A DNA stretch of 62,930 bases, counting the filler, from Collodictyon triciliatum (Eukaryota), in NCBI GenBank assembly GCA_043381765.1. It is 5 parts of 5 records of this genome, joined end to end, with 100 filler letters (N's around TTAATTAATTAA, not from the genome) between each part and the next. Parts side by side here need not be neighbours in the genome. Positions count along the whole stretch, not along the records: positions 34,377 to 49,487 come from JBHJMP010000208.1; positions 49,588 to 57,666 come from JBHJMP010000209.1; positions 57,767 to 62,930 come from JBHJMP010000216.1; 2 more parts are not named here. The stretch is one strand, 5' to 3'. This document shows positions 46,839 through 58,928 of this stretch, piece after piece; the stretch's first letter is position 1, and each line of letters starts with the position of its first letter. The translations under genes were made by a program, and so were the position numbers. The notes beneath the pieces are model-generated. The model saw only the letters and a list, made by a program, of their open reading frames with translations. It made no database searches and was not told where the DNA came from.

Positions 46839-49310
46839 TTAATCCGGAGGCCAACGTCTGCCGTTCACGTCCGGCTGCGAATGTACAACGTCGACAGCCC
46901 ACGGGTCGTCTTCCTCGTTGTAGCCCTTTGGTTCCAGCGAGTACGGTATCGGAAGGTAAATCCGGACGGTGGGTTTGGTCCTTGCGGTTGATGAGGAAGC
47001 TGCTCGGGTTGTCCGAATCAAAACAAAAGAAAAAAAGGAAAAGGAAAAGGAAAAGGAAAAGGAAAAGGAAAAGGAAAAGGAAAAGGAAAAGGAAAAGGAA
47101 AAGGAAAAGGAAAAGGAAAAGGAAGATTCATGGTAAGTAAATGCGAGGCCATTCGAAAGAAGGTCACAGTCGCGGTGCTGGTAACAAGAAAAAGAAAATA
47201 TGAAAGTATATTGTGCTTGTTTAAAACCACAAACCAATTGGTATATCCTCGTGTGTATCTTGCAGGATGACTTTATGCTTCAGTTCGCCTTGTGGACCCC
47301 CAATGTAAGTGGAGAGAGGGTTGTCTGGTGTGCAGCTAAATGTCTGTTTAATCTAGAGCATTGAAGGATACATATTAATCAGAATAAGACATTTATAGGA
47401 AAACAGAATTTCGACCGATACAGTTGCATTTGCCCAAGAGCTGAATGCATTGGATGTCATGAATTTACAATACAATTCCTTTTGGTGTATACATCCCGAC
47501 GCATCATGCATAGATGTATTTTTCGTAAGATGGGGAATGGTGCTTACAATCCCATATTTGAATTTATCAGGAGTGACCAGAACGCCTAGTTCATACGAGC
47601 GGATGAAAAGTTGTGTGCGATCTTTTTGCAAAGATCCCCAGGCAGCCTTATTTTTTTCCAAAAACAGTTAATGTCTTATTTTTTTTTTTAAAAAAAAAAA
47701 AAAAATAGAGCTAAATGACTTTGCAATGGGCTGAATTATTTACAGGGGGAATGATATCAATTAAATTGTTCAAAACAGATGATATTGTCGTAGAGGCACC
47801 TTGCTGAGGTTATGTGAACCTGTGTAAGCCCAAAAAATACGATGCCTCTTGTGGCATATTATTGTTTTTATATGAGGCATCTGAGGGTATTAAAAAAATC
47901 AGTAATCTTTTAATACATAATGATACCAATTTTTCTTTGAGAAAAGGGAGATGAAGGAGCATAGACCGCGCGCTCTCTTTCAACAGCGCCCCCACTTCGA
48001 CCTAGGATACCAATACCACCGTCCCAAGAAGCCAAAGAATCGTTGGGTTCTTTATTTTTATTTTAGAAAAATGATCAAGAACCATGCTTAAAATATTGAA
48101 TCGTTGGCTATTCCGATTTTTAATTCAACTTTCAAATAATACCCAATGACTGCAATAGTTTCTTCACGAAATCTAGTTTCACTGGAATTGAACTGCCTGC
48201 TATGTATCCCTCCAGTGACAAACGCACCTGACGAATTCTCAAATTAACCATAAAAATGTGATTAAAAAGAAAGGATAAAAGGGAGACCGGTTTCATGTCA
48301 CTTGGAGAAAGCCTATGATTAGGTTAAGGCTATAGAATATATGATAGGGGAAATTATATGAAAAATATATAAAATTCAAAGAAAAACTTGTTCCACTGTA
48401 GGATATATGAACCATCTACAAACTCTTCCAGTTTTTGATTGCGTAAACGGATTTGACTGTTTTCTTTTGATTGGATTTACAGATGCCATTATTTCCTCCC
48501 CTAGCCATTTCTTGTCCATTGAACCCAAGCTATGATTTTTTATGATCCGAAAGAAAAAAAATTACTATTATTGATGAAAATATAGGAACAGCAGAGTTGA
48601 TCATTCCGCTCTAGCTCATATCAGCAAAATATTTTCCTTTTTTTTAAAAAAAAAGATCGTTAACCTGGATGATTGAAATGTAAATTCTGGGGTTGGTTCT
48701 TCACTATCCTCTATTTTAGAGAGCAGGTTCCTAAGTTTCATATGGCCCCAACTGCGATAACAAGCATGCTTAAAAGAAATACACACTACATTTTATAAAG
48801 GATAGATTGGTACCTCCTTATCATTCAGACAATTAAGAGAAACTATTTAATATGAGATGGGTCATAGGGGATGTTCAAGTTTTTCTCCCTTTTCAATCTC
48901 ATCATACTTGTCTTTTGCTTGAAAATGGGTCCCTGGGGTTGATGCAATCAAATCTACATTTGCATTAGAATAGTCATAATGACTCAGCTTCCGAACATCA
49001 AAATCCGGTATTTTTAAGGATGCAAAATAAGCCAGCAGGTCCACCTTAATGTTCAATTTGAAAAAAAAATCATTAATATTGACCAGTATAGCACAGTCAT
49101 TGTGGGAATTTTTTGGATGAGCCTTCAAATAAACCTATGTATAATAGTTTTTTTTTTCAAGGGAACCTCAAAATCGGATTTGCTCTTATCTTCTGAACAC
49201 TTTCTTGGGAAATCTTGAACCCAAATACTCTGCGTCTTATTGTACCAGTCTTGAGATAGCAGGTTTGCTGAAAATATAGAGATTCTCACTCCAGTCGGAT
49301 ATAGGAGAAC
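46839..49310 (-). CDS. TDP1: Tyrosyl-DNA phosphodiesterase 1, 5'-partial, multi-exon
   Basis: SANLLSQDWYNKTQSIWVQDFP, LIASTPGTH, WGHMKLR, QSSSLGS, IYPTVEQVR.SLEGY.AG.SIP, RAMPHIKT, GSHNLSKAAWG, IRSYELGVL, PIPYSL and PD..G..W. The first HK motif is lost at the scaffold end. Confidence 0.95.
47037..47123. repeat. (GGAAAA)n microsatellite in a TDP1 intron
   Basis: Tandem hexamer array. Confidence 0.95.
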
Positions 49311-49587
49311 CTTTTATTATGTTTGTTTCTTTGTTTTTATCCATTTATTATACCACTGTTATCCTTGGTCTCTCTCTCTTCTTTTTTTTTTTTTTTTTTA
49401 ATAAATTATTTTTTTTTTTTTTTTTATTTTTTTTTAATTTCTAAACAACATTTTTTAAATTAAAATATACATTTTTTTTATTAAAAANNNNNNNNNNNNN
49501 NNNNNNNNNNNNNNNNNNNNNNNNNNNNNNNTTAATTAATTAANNNNNNNNNNNNNNNNNNNNNNNNNNNNNNNNNNNNNNNNNNNN

Positions 49588-49684
49588 TCTCCTACTCGCG
49601 TTTGCTCTCTCCCATGCGCTCCCATCCCGCCCCTTTGTATGGCATAACCTCGCTACACTTTGAATCGAATAAAGGAAAAAAAAA
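49588..49684 (+). mobile_element. Non-LTR retroelement 3' end, copy B (at scaffold start)
   Basis: CTACTCGCGTTTGCTCTCT...GTATGGCATAACCTCGCTACACTTTGAATCGAATAAAGG(A)9, shared with copies A and C. Confidence 0.85.
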
Positions 49685-51139
49685 ACAACAACATATGGTA
49701 AGTAGAAAGCAATAGTGAGGCGAATGAAGAAATTGCAATCCAAAGGAATCAATCAAGTGAGGGTCTCATCAAGGAGTTAGGGCAAAAGTTCGCAAGGCAA
49801 CCGTGGTGGATAGCAAAATAACTAATGGGCTGATAGTTATTTTCTTGAACAAAAAAGAAAACAAAAAAAAATAAGAATTGAGAAAAGAAAAAAAAGAAAA
49901 AAGAAAAAAGGAAAAGAAGAAAAGAAAAAAGAAAAAGAAAAAAAGAAAAAAAGAAAAAAAGGAAAAGAAAAAAAAAGAAAAAAAGAAAAAAAGAAAAAAA
50001 GAAAAAAAGAAAAAAAGAAAAAAAGAAAAAAAGGAAAAAAGGAAAAAAGGAAAAAAGGAAAAGAAAAAAAGGAAAAGAAAAAAAGGGAAAAAGGGAAAAA
50101 GGAAAAGAAAAAAAAGGGGGGGTTGGTTCGTTGGGGAGGTGATGGCGCCAAGTGTTTTGCAGACCCCTTTGGAGTCCGGCCAGCAGGACATCTTGTGAAG
50201 GAATATCCTATCTGAAACCCGAGTGCGAATCTGGGAGTGGAAAGAATGCGCCAGGCAAAGACGATTTGGCGTGGTGACCTGGCTATGAGGCACGGGTACG
50301 CATATGGCATCCTGGCGCAGTTAAAACACAGCCCATGGACGACTAAGTTCCGGTTGGAGAAGTGTTCCTCCCAGACCACAGGCTCAGGCGAAAGAGGGAT
50401 TGCTCCCCGTTTATTACTGAATGTCCTAACGGACCGACTACTTGGCGGTCGTGTTACTGCGCCGCTAAATTTGAAATTCTGGTGTACGAAGTAACACGTC
50501 AGCATAGCACCTTTTTCCCAATGAACTTATCCCCCCACGTCAATGTGGATTCAAGGGGCTATATAAATTGTTGCTTGGCTGGTCGTGACTGTATTATGGG
50601 TTTTATAGAGAATGGTGACATAAGGGAGTCCAGCCTTTTTGGCTTTTTTTTTAATCTTCCTTTCAATTTTTTTCTGGGTGGTGGAGGTGTTGGCTTTCGT
50701 TCGCTAGACATCGTTTGCATGGACGCTACTTGGTGGCCGGGCGGCAGAGAAGTTGTCGGTAACCAGGAATCCTTCTTTTTGGCTATTGGGAGGTTGGGTC
50801 TAATCTCCTCTCGTGAGAGGAAGCCATTTCAAGGGCGGGGCGTCGTTTTGCAGGCAAGGTCCATCGACCTACGTGCCTTCGGTGGAGTTTAATCGGAATA
50901 TGTTATTGAGATAAAGAATGAAGCGCTCACAAACATATAATTGGCGGCAGGACTCGCAAATTACGGCTTAACGCGCTTCCTATTTTTTTTTCTTATTTTT
51001 AGGCAAAACACAGTATCTGGAGTGCAGTTTGAAAGATTAAAAGCTTCGGAAGATCTTTTTCTCCTTTACCCTTCAGTATTACATATCCCATTATTTTGCT
51101 TCATTATCTTAGTTGTTATGTTCATGCTCTCCAGAAGAG

Positions 51140-51376
51140 AGATGTGGGAATGTGTCGTGCGATATCTCCTACAGCATACCCAACCCCTGCTGCCCACGCA
51201 ACCAATCAACCAGTTGGGACACCCGCCTGACCAACTCGCTATCACTGATTTCTTACTGGTGCTAGCCTCTCCACAGTAGTGTCTTCTACTCGCGTTTGCT
51301 CTCTACCATGCGCACCTATCTCGCCCCTTTTGTATGGCATAACCTCGCTGCACTTTGAATCGAATAAAGGAAAAAA
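51140..51376 (+). mobile_element. Non-LTR retroelement 3' end, copy C (longest, diverged; 5' boundary approximate)
   Basis: Aligns to copy A from 51226. Encodes MWECVVRYLLQH...QLGHPPDQLAITDFLLVLASPQ* with the stop at the same position as copy A, then the shared 3'UTR and poly(A). Confidence 0.8.
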
Positions 51377-51617
51377 GAGTTTCTTGCCTCAGTTGGGGCA
51401 AAGGTTTTTTTTTAAAAAAAAATTTTTTTTTTAGGGCTTATATATCCTAAGCCACCAAAATATTAACCAATATCCCATACACTCACAAAACTTATGCATA
51501 AGCCAAATCAAAATCACAGAATGCAAGATTTTAATGCGTGTGAGCAGCACCCAAGCATATTTATGTCATGGGTAAATCTCCAGCATATTCAGCAATCTTT
51601 AAAAAGGTGTGCTGCAG

Positions 51618-53764
51618 TTAAGAAAACTTCAGCGTGGCTTGGTTCAGGGAGTCTTGTAAACTAGGTTGGGTATTTGCTTTAAGCCAAGCTATGCTCTTGT
51701 TTAGCATCAAAACCCATCTGTCCTTGAATTGCAAGAGTTTCGACTCGATGAACTTGATTACCACACTTGTGATGAGGACGTTCTCGGGAACTACAGAGGT
51801 GGTGCATAAATTCATATTAGATTTTTCTTTACAAAAAAAGGCAAATAGCTACGTATTTTTATCGTTCATAAGCCCACGTTATCAGTAAGAGCATACAGTC
51901 GGCATACGTGATAGTCGTTGTGATTCTATGCCCACAGCAGTGAAATCTATCTCGATCAGGAGACATATCTCTGCCGTAAGAACCCAGTACCCCGCGGCTA
52001 ATATGTGTTCATAATATATCAATAGTTAAAACAGAAAAACCGACATGGTCATTTTACATACCTTTCTGGAGCTCGGTAATTTTGCGGAGAATCATATCAG
52101 GGGTAGGTTTCGATACAACGGGGGTAGATGAGGAGGACTTCGAAGCTTCGCTAGACCTTGGTCGGGAAACACTCCATGAAGATGCAAAGCTATCGGAATT
52201 TTCCTCCCTTTATCCCAGCATACACATTTCATGATAGGTTAATCAAATGAGCAACATGGGATAGGTTTTGAAATAGAAGTAATCAACCTTGGTAACCTGA
52301 TAAGTATTCAGAATAGTAGTTTTGTTCAACCTTTCTTTTGGTGCGTCCTTTTTCTTCTCAACCATACTTTCTTTGCGTAGAGGTACTGAGTTTACTGCGC
52401 TGGGGACAGGAGAATATCCCACGGAATACCTCGTCCTAAGGCCTCCTCCACCACGTGATGCAGGAGATGATGAAAGAGAAACTGCAGATTCCTTCATCAT
52501 AGAACGGGGTGCTGCTCTGACTAGAGACAGTGTAAATTAACAATGGAATATCTACACAATTTTAGATATAAGGTTAATATAGGGATCATATGTAACAATA
52601 AAAATATAGTAGTGCTTTTTCGCTAATATTTCTACGAAGTTACAGATTCATATTTACACACATACCAGATTTCGATTCCTCCACAGGCTGAAATTTTTCA
52701 ACTTTGATGACAGGGGTTCCCTATCACGCGTTCGTATTAAGTTACAATTATGTGTGTAATTCGAGTGAGAAGCGAGTAGCTTAGATGGGTAAGTGTAAAA
52801 AACCAAAAATCCCAAAAAACCCAAAAAACCCAAAAAACCCAAAAAACCCAAAAAACCCAAAATCCCAAAAAAACCAAAAAAAACCAAAAAAAACCAAAAA
52901 AACATCAACAGCTAGATGGCGAGTAAGCTCGAAATTACTTCAGGATTTTTTGTCGAAACGCCGATAAATGATGTCTGAGAAGACATGACTGATGTCCTGA
53001 AATACAAAAAACAAGAAAAGCAATCAGGAATTTCCTTTGAAACTAAATGCGAGCTTAAAACTTCTGGTAAAGGCTACACTAATAGAGTCAAAAGAGCTCA
53101 CTCAAGAGAAAGAGCTTTTGCAGCTAATTTTGATCCACTATTTTGAGATGCGTCAAGTGCCCTATAATTTGGTATATGAGTCACATATTCATTCCTTAGC
53201 TTCATAGTGATATCGAAGGGGCCTTGCATAGATGATGTATATCTGAATATACATGATTGGTATGCTGATGACAACCTGATTCTCTGCAGTGCTGCTTGAC
53301 GAACAACGCTTCCATGCAAGGTGCTCCTCTGACTAAAGTCAACTAGAAGAAAATATTGGAACTTAAGCAAAACCGTCGATAAGAAATGAAAAACCTAATA
53401 AAACTCAAAAACAACAACGCCAAAAGTACAGAGCAACTGTTGAGGTACTTACCATAAGAAAGAAAAATCAATAAAAATGGGGTTAAAAAATATGAGGGGA
53501 GGGGCACATCAAATTGATATTTACTTTCGATTGGGAATTCCAGAGCGCGATTGCCGAATTTGCCATTCACTTTGATGACCTCCTAATTATTATTTTTCGA
53601 GACATTAGATCTGAATAAAAGAATAATTTTGGAGACAAAATACAACGTTATATTCTTCTTACCTTTCCAACTTTATTTTGTAGTTTTTGGGAATCAGTCA
53701 ATCCATAGAATGTCATTCGCACAGAATCAAAAATATAATCGATATTGGCAGGTTCAAGCACATA

Positions 53765-53844
<80 letters not shown>

Positions 53845-56800
53845 NNNNNNNNNNNNNNNNNNNNNNNNNNNNNNNNNNNNNNNNNNNNNNNNNNNNNNNN
53901 NNNNNNNNNNNNNNNNNNNNNNNNNNNNNNNNNNNNNNNNNNNNGACAAAAGACAAAAGACAAAAGACAAAAGACAAAAGACAAAAGACAAAAGACAAAA
54001 GACAAAAGACAAAAGACAAAAGACAAAAGACAAACAGAAAAGAAAAAGAAAAAAAGAAACAGAATGACCACATGGATATGGAAGATATGTAAATGAATTT
54101 CATCAGGCACAGTTAACTTAAATTCAGCAAAAACCATGTGATTATCCACCACTCACTTTAGAATCTAATTCTTCCCCCTCTACAACAAATTCAGCTGTTC
54201 CCTGCGAGAATAGGATAAAGGATGAAGATTTTATAGGGGAACCAAAAACAACAAAACAACAAAAAAGAAACCACCACCACAACAACACCAACAAAGGAAA
54301 GTCAAAATAAAATACAATCGTAAATTGAAAAGGATTAAACTCCGATATCTTATGGGTTACCCTCGCAGCTTTCGCCAATCCACGAACTAGATGATGGGAG
54401 ACCCCGTTCCCAATACCGAAAGTGTATATTCTAGTAGTATCTGCCATCGATTTTCCAGCTGCAATAACCTTTGAGAATAACATAATATTAGATGCAACAA
54501 GAGAGCGAATAGGAGGGAAAAACAACAACAAAAAACAAGGAGTAAGAACAGAAATTGCTGTCTCTTACGAATGAATTCCTTCGTTTTCCTTTTGCATTAT
54601 CTTTCTAAATAAATTATGCAGGGGTTGTCAAATGTATAAAGCTTCAAAACCTGTTCAGTGTTACTGACGCTGCCATCTGTTAAGAGAAAGATGTTTAAGA
54701 GTCGCCCCTAAAAGAAATACCAAGTCATCAGATGAAGTTTCTGTTGAAAAAAAAGAAGTGAAAACATGTGAATTTCGGATTCATCATATATTCCTACAAA
54801 ATAAAAGATCACATAGTTTTCTCTTTTATTAAATAAAATAAAATGAAATAAAATAAAAGCACATATCATTTGGATGAGTGATAAGAAGAGGGGATTCATG
54901 ATAGGATTATCAATATTCAGTTTTTCAGTTATGTTACTTCTTTTTGAAGTTTCGATCTGATATGATTCAAAGGCTGCAAGAGTTCAGTTCCGCCCAAATC
55001 AGCATCCATGGATTTGCAAAACTCCGAAGCTTTATCCACACTTACTTCATTATAGACGACTGCTTCGGGAAATAGGCTTTGAAAGGAACTCCTGAGTGGA
55101 TAAGATTTTGGTATTTCTCTTATTGCTGAAGGAGACATTGGAGGAAAATGTAAACATTCATGCCAAATAATCACAATTTGATTGTATAAACAAAAAGGAA
55201 AGAAAATATATTCTATTGACCCGAATCCAAGTATGTTGAACTTGCAGTCGATAGGAAGTGACCTAAGGAACAACATCATTGTATCCCTGACTTGGCTTAT
55301 TCGACTCCCAGACATAGAACCTTTTGAAAGATGGTGAATTTTTCATATGATTAAACATTTGCCAGAGCAAAAATTAGAATTGAAAGCAAACATACATCAG
55401 TTATGCATTTTTGGACACCAATTTATTTCAATATTAAGTTTTTTTTCCCTTTATTCGATTCAAAGTATTTCAATATTAAGTTAATGGTATGTACCGCTTC
55501 TATCGATTAGAAAAATGTAATCAAAATTGGATGAGTCTTGGACGTCTTCAGGTTCAACAAACTTGGGGTTAAACGAGACACATACAGCCGATTTAGATTC
55601 CAAGGTTTCCACCATTCTTTGGGTCAAACAAATGTTTTTGGGCGATTGTTTAGAGAACATTATGCATGACAGCATACCAATTTATGTATGTTAAATTATC
55701 AGAGCTTTATATTACGTTATCGTCTCATGTGGGTTTTCAAGGATGATACTCAAGATGTAATCCCCCTTCCAAGCCTTTTCTTTTTCGCTTAGGCTAAGAG
55801 AGAAGATGAACCCCTATCGTAATTTCGCTATCAATATCAAAGGAAAACTTAATGTATCCTTTATATTGATGCGTGTATAGAACCAATTAAAGGAGAAAAA
55901 AAACCATTCATGCGTTTTTGAGAGTTTGAATGGAGCAAAGTAAAGCACTAAAATTTTGATAGTGAGGGCACTTTCATTTCTTAGTGTCCGATTAAAATAA
56001 AAAATATGGTTCATATACATAGTATGGAACATTACCCTAGCGACTTCTGTTGTATCAATATTATAAGTGAGACAGTCTATACGTGAAATTCTTGATGTGC
56101 TTTCGATCTGGTTGATTCAACATATAATTTAGTCGATAATTACCTAAAAATGGTTTCTTATTTTGAATGCATGGGAAAAAAGTAATTATTTTACTATCAA
56201 CAAACTTTCGCTTCGATCTTGAAGTCAAACATCTTGGCTTGAGTTTTGGAGGATTCTGGGAGGGTATATGCATCACTATATCCAGCAGGAGAGTATTTGT
56301 TGGGCAATAGCGTCGGAAGAACAAATCGTAGATTGCTTTCTGTCAAGATCATTTTTTTTTTATTGATATCGGCACAATAAAAAAAAAATTCCTTTATCCG
56401 ATTTCGGCACAATAAAATATGAAAATTAAATAAAGGCGTATTTATATTTTTTTTTTTTTAAAAAAAGAAGGCAAATTCACCTTCGTTGATGAGTGGAGTA
56501 AAAAAGCGAACACAAGTCTTCACATAGCCTCCTGGACTGATGTTACCGATAGACATGACAAGATTTTCTTGCGTTTCTAGTTTATCATGCACAAGAATTG
56601 AAATTGGGAATATCTTATCTTACGGGTTTGTCATAAAATAAAGGTGGTTCATTCGCATGAATGGCCAAGGGAGGAGTGAAACTGGCCCTATCCCTCAGCA
56701 GAAGGGTAAAGTGCAAAACAAAAACATCCATACTTTCCTCCATCAAAACTGCAGTGTTTCCTTGTGCGACAGCATCCTGGAATTCTGATCGAGCTACTGC

Positions 56801-57467
56801 AGAATCCCTCAGGACTGCTCGGAACGTATCATTCGATGTCACGATATCCAGAGCGTAAACACATGAATTTGGATCGATGGGAAATGAGTAGCTATAAGTA
56901 AAAGAAGATACAGATTCAAAATTAAACGGTAGAAAAGGCAGCAGAAACGAAAGCATGCACCAATAAACTGGATGAGAATCTGCGCTAGCATGATGATAAA
57001 TCAAGTCTAATAGCATTTCGTCTCTATTGACAGACTTACAAACAATCAGCCGGAGATGTGAGCGGGTTGGTGTACGTTTGGTTCAGGGTCACGTCAGCCA
57101 CAGAGTTAAGAATACTTATCTAATAAAAAAAAAAAAAAGAATACTTATCTAATCAAAGAAAAACTATAGATGAGATATAAGGAGGTACATTAATGATTCG
57201 TTCCGTGTCTTATCAACGTCACAGAAGATCAGTATTTTAGTTAAATTGCTTTCACTTTTTATGTGATATTTAAAATCCATTCAATTACTTTTGACAGTTT
57301 TCTTTTTAATTTGCGCACAGTTGATCTATAACTTTTTTTGCAAACGGGGTTTACTTTTGCACTTAATAAACACAGGAGATCAAACAATAAGTAATTAAAA
57401 ATACTTGAACATCCATTGTGGCGAGGACGAACTCCTCTGAAGTCTTGATGCAACAGATGCGAGCCAT
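51618..57467 (-). CDS. VIT + von Willebrand factor A domain protein (VWA5A/BCSC-1-like), multi-exon
   Basis: VIT: VADVTLNQTYTNP..YSFPID...ARSEFQDAVAQGNTAVLMEE, LRFVLPT. VWA: FLIDRS/GSMSG (MIDAS split by an intron), FNILGFG, ADLGGTEL, FLLTDG, RIYTFGIG, GTAEFV. ATG at 57467. Confidence 0.9.
55424..55482 (-). mobile_element. Ultra-short retroelement insertion (25 bp) with perfect 17-bp TSD
   Basis: TATTTCAATATTAAGTT - TTTTTTCCCTTTATTCGATTCAAAG - TATTTCAATATTAAGTT. The insert is the reverse complement of the element terminus. Confidence 0.88.
56369..56417 (-). mobile_element. Ultra-short retroelement insertion with 14-bp TSD
   Basis: TCGGCACAATAAAA - AAAAAATTCCTTTATCCGATT - TCGGCACAATAAAA. Confidence 0.75.
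57108..57153 (+). mobile_element. Poly(A)-only insertion with perfect 17-bp TSD spanning a splice acceptor
   Basis: AAGAATACTTATCTAAT - A12 - AAGAATACTTATCTAAT. Confidence 0.75.
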
Positions 57468-57766
57468 TTAGCACTCGCCTTTTGGCTTCCTGTGGAGATT
57501 TTCAGAGGCGATAAGAGTGTATAAGGGATAAATAGAATCAATAAGAAAAGAAAAAAAGAAAAAAAGAAAAAAAGAAAAAAAGAAAAAAAGAAAAAAAGAA
57601 AAAAGAAAAATAAAAGAAAAAAGGAAAAGAAAGAAGAAAGAAGAAAGAAGAAAGAAACAAGAAACANNNNNNNNNNNNNNNNNNNNNNNNNNNNNNNNNN
57701 NNNNNNNNNNTTAATTAATTAANNNNNNNNNNNNNNNNNNNNNNNNNNNNNNNNNNNNNNNNNNNN

Positions 57767-58018
57767 TATATGCTTTTTATATGCTTTTTATATGCTTTTT
57801 ATATGCTTTTTATATGCTTTTTATATGCTTTTTATATGCTTTTTATATGCTTTTTATATGCTTTTTATATGCTTTTTATATGCTTTTTATATGCTTTTTA
57901 TTTTATTTTTTTTGTTTTTTTGTTTTGTTTTTATTTTTATTTTTATTTTTATTTTTATTTTTATTTTTATTTTTATTTTTATTTTTATTTTTATTTTTAT
58001 TTTTATTTTTATTTTTAT
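57767..58018. repeat. (TATATGCTTTT)n 11-mer array followed by (TTTTTA)n
   Basis: Tandem arrays read directly. Confidence 0.92.
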
Positions 58019-58928
58019 TGACGAAAAGTTTTTAAGCTACATTTGATTTGTTTTAGTTGTTCTTGATTCCCCTGTTATTTTCTTTTGATAAGCTTTGAAT
58101 AGTCATGTGTATATTTTCCCTTTTCATGCAAGAAATCCTTTACTGAGTATCAGCCTTTTAGCAAAGCAGGTAAATGAACAACCACGCACCATAAACTATT
58201 TACATACTACACATTTCCATGTTGACCTCAAAAGTTTCTCAAACGGCAAAAAAAAAAGTGCTTTTGTTTATGAATAACTACCATTTTGATTTGCTATTAA
58301 TTGAACTCCTCTTTTTCTTAAAGAATGTAAAAAAGAAAAGTAAAATTTTTACCATAAATATTCATTATAATTGTCTCTGTGTGTATACACATGGCCATGC
58401 TATGTGAAAGCATATTTATATTTTGGAATATACGCCACCGTAATAATGAACTCCTACCTCATACTAACTACATCTTTGACTTCACTGCCCCATCTTTTCA
58501 CTTTGGCTTCCGCCCATATACATCCATGTAAAATAAAATAATATATTTTTTTATTTTTATATGTCTGACTCTTTTATTTACATTCACGGCGTCATATGGT
58601 AACTCTATTTTTTCTTTTTTTCTTTTTTGCACGGATATTTTAATTTAATATTTGAATTGATTTCATTTAATTCTCTTTCCTGTTATTCTAAAACGCCGTA
58701 ACTTTTAAATTCATGCAATATATTCATCAAAATGAAAATCATTCCATGACATTCATGTGTGTTTTGTACCATCACCATCGAATTCACTCAATACTTTAAT
58801 TTTAACTGGTGCAAAGAAGAGTAGAAAATATGGAAACTCAAGGTTTTGCATTCACATTCAGAATCATTACTATCAGATACTCTTTTGGATGACATTATTT
58901 CAGTATTAAATATTGCATAAATCACAGA

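Noticed and set aside
25206-57722. Four palindromic TTAATTAATTAA motifs as a biological repeat or recombination site
   Set aside because: Each sits inside N runs and has stops in six frames: an artificial concatenation linker.
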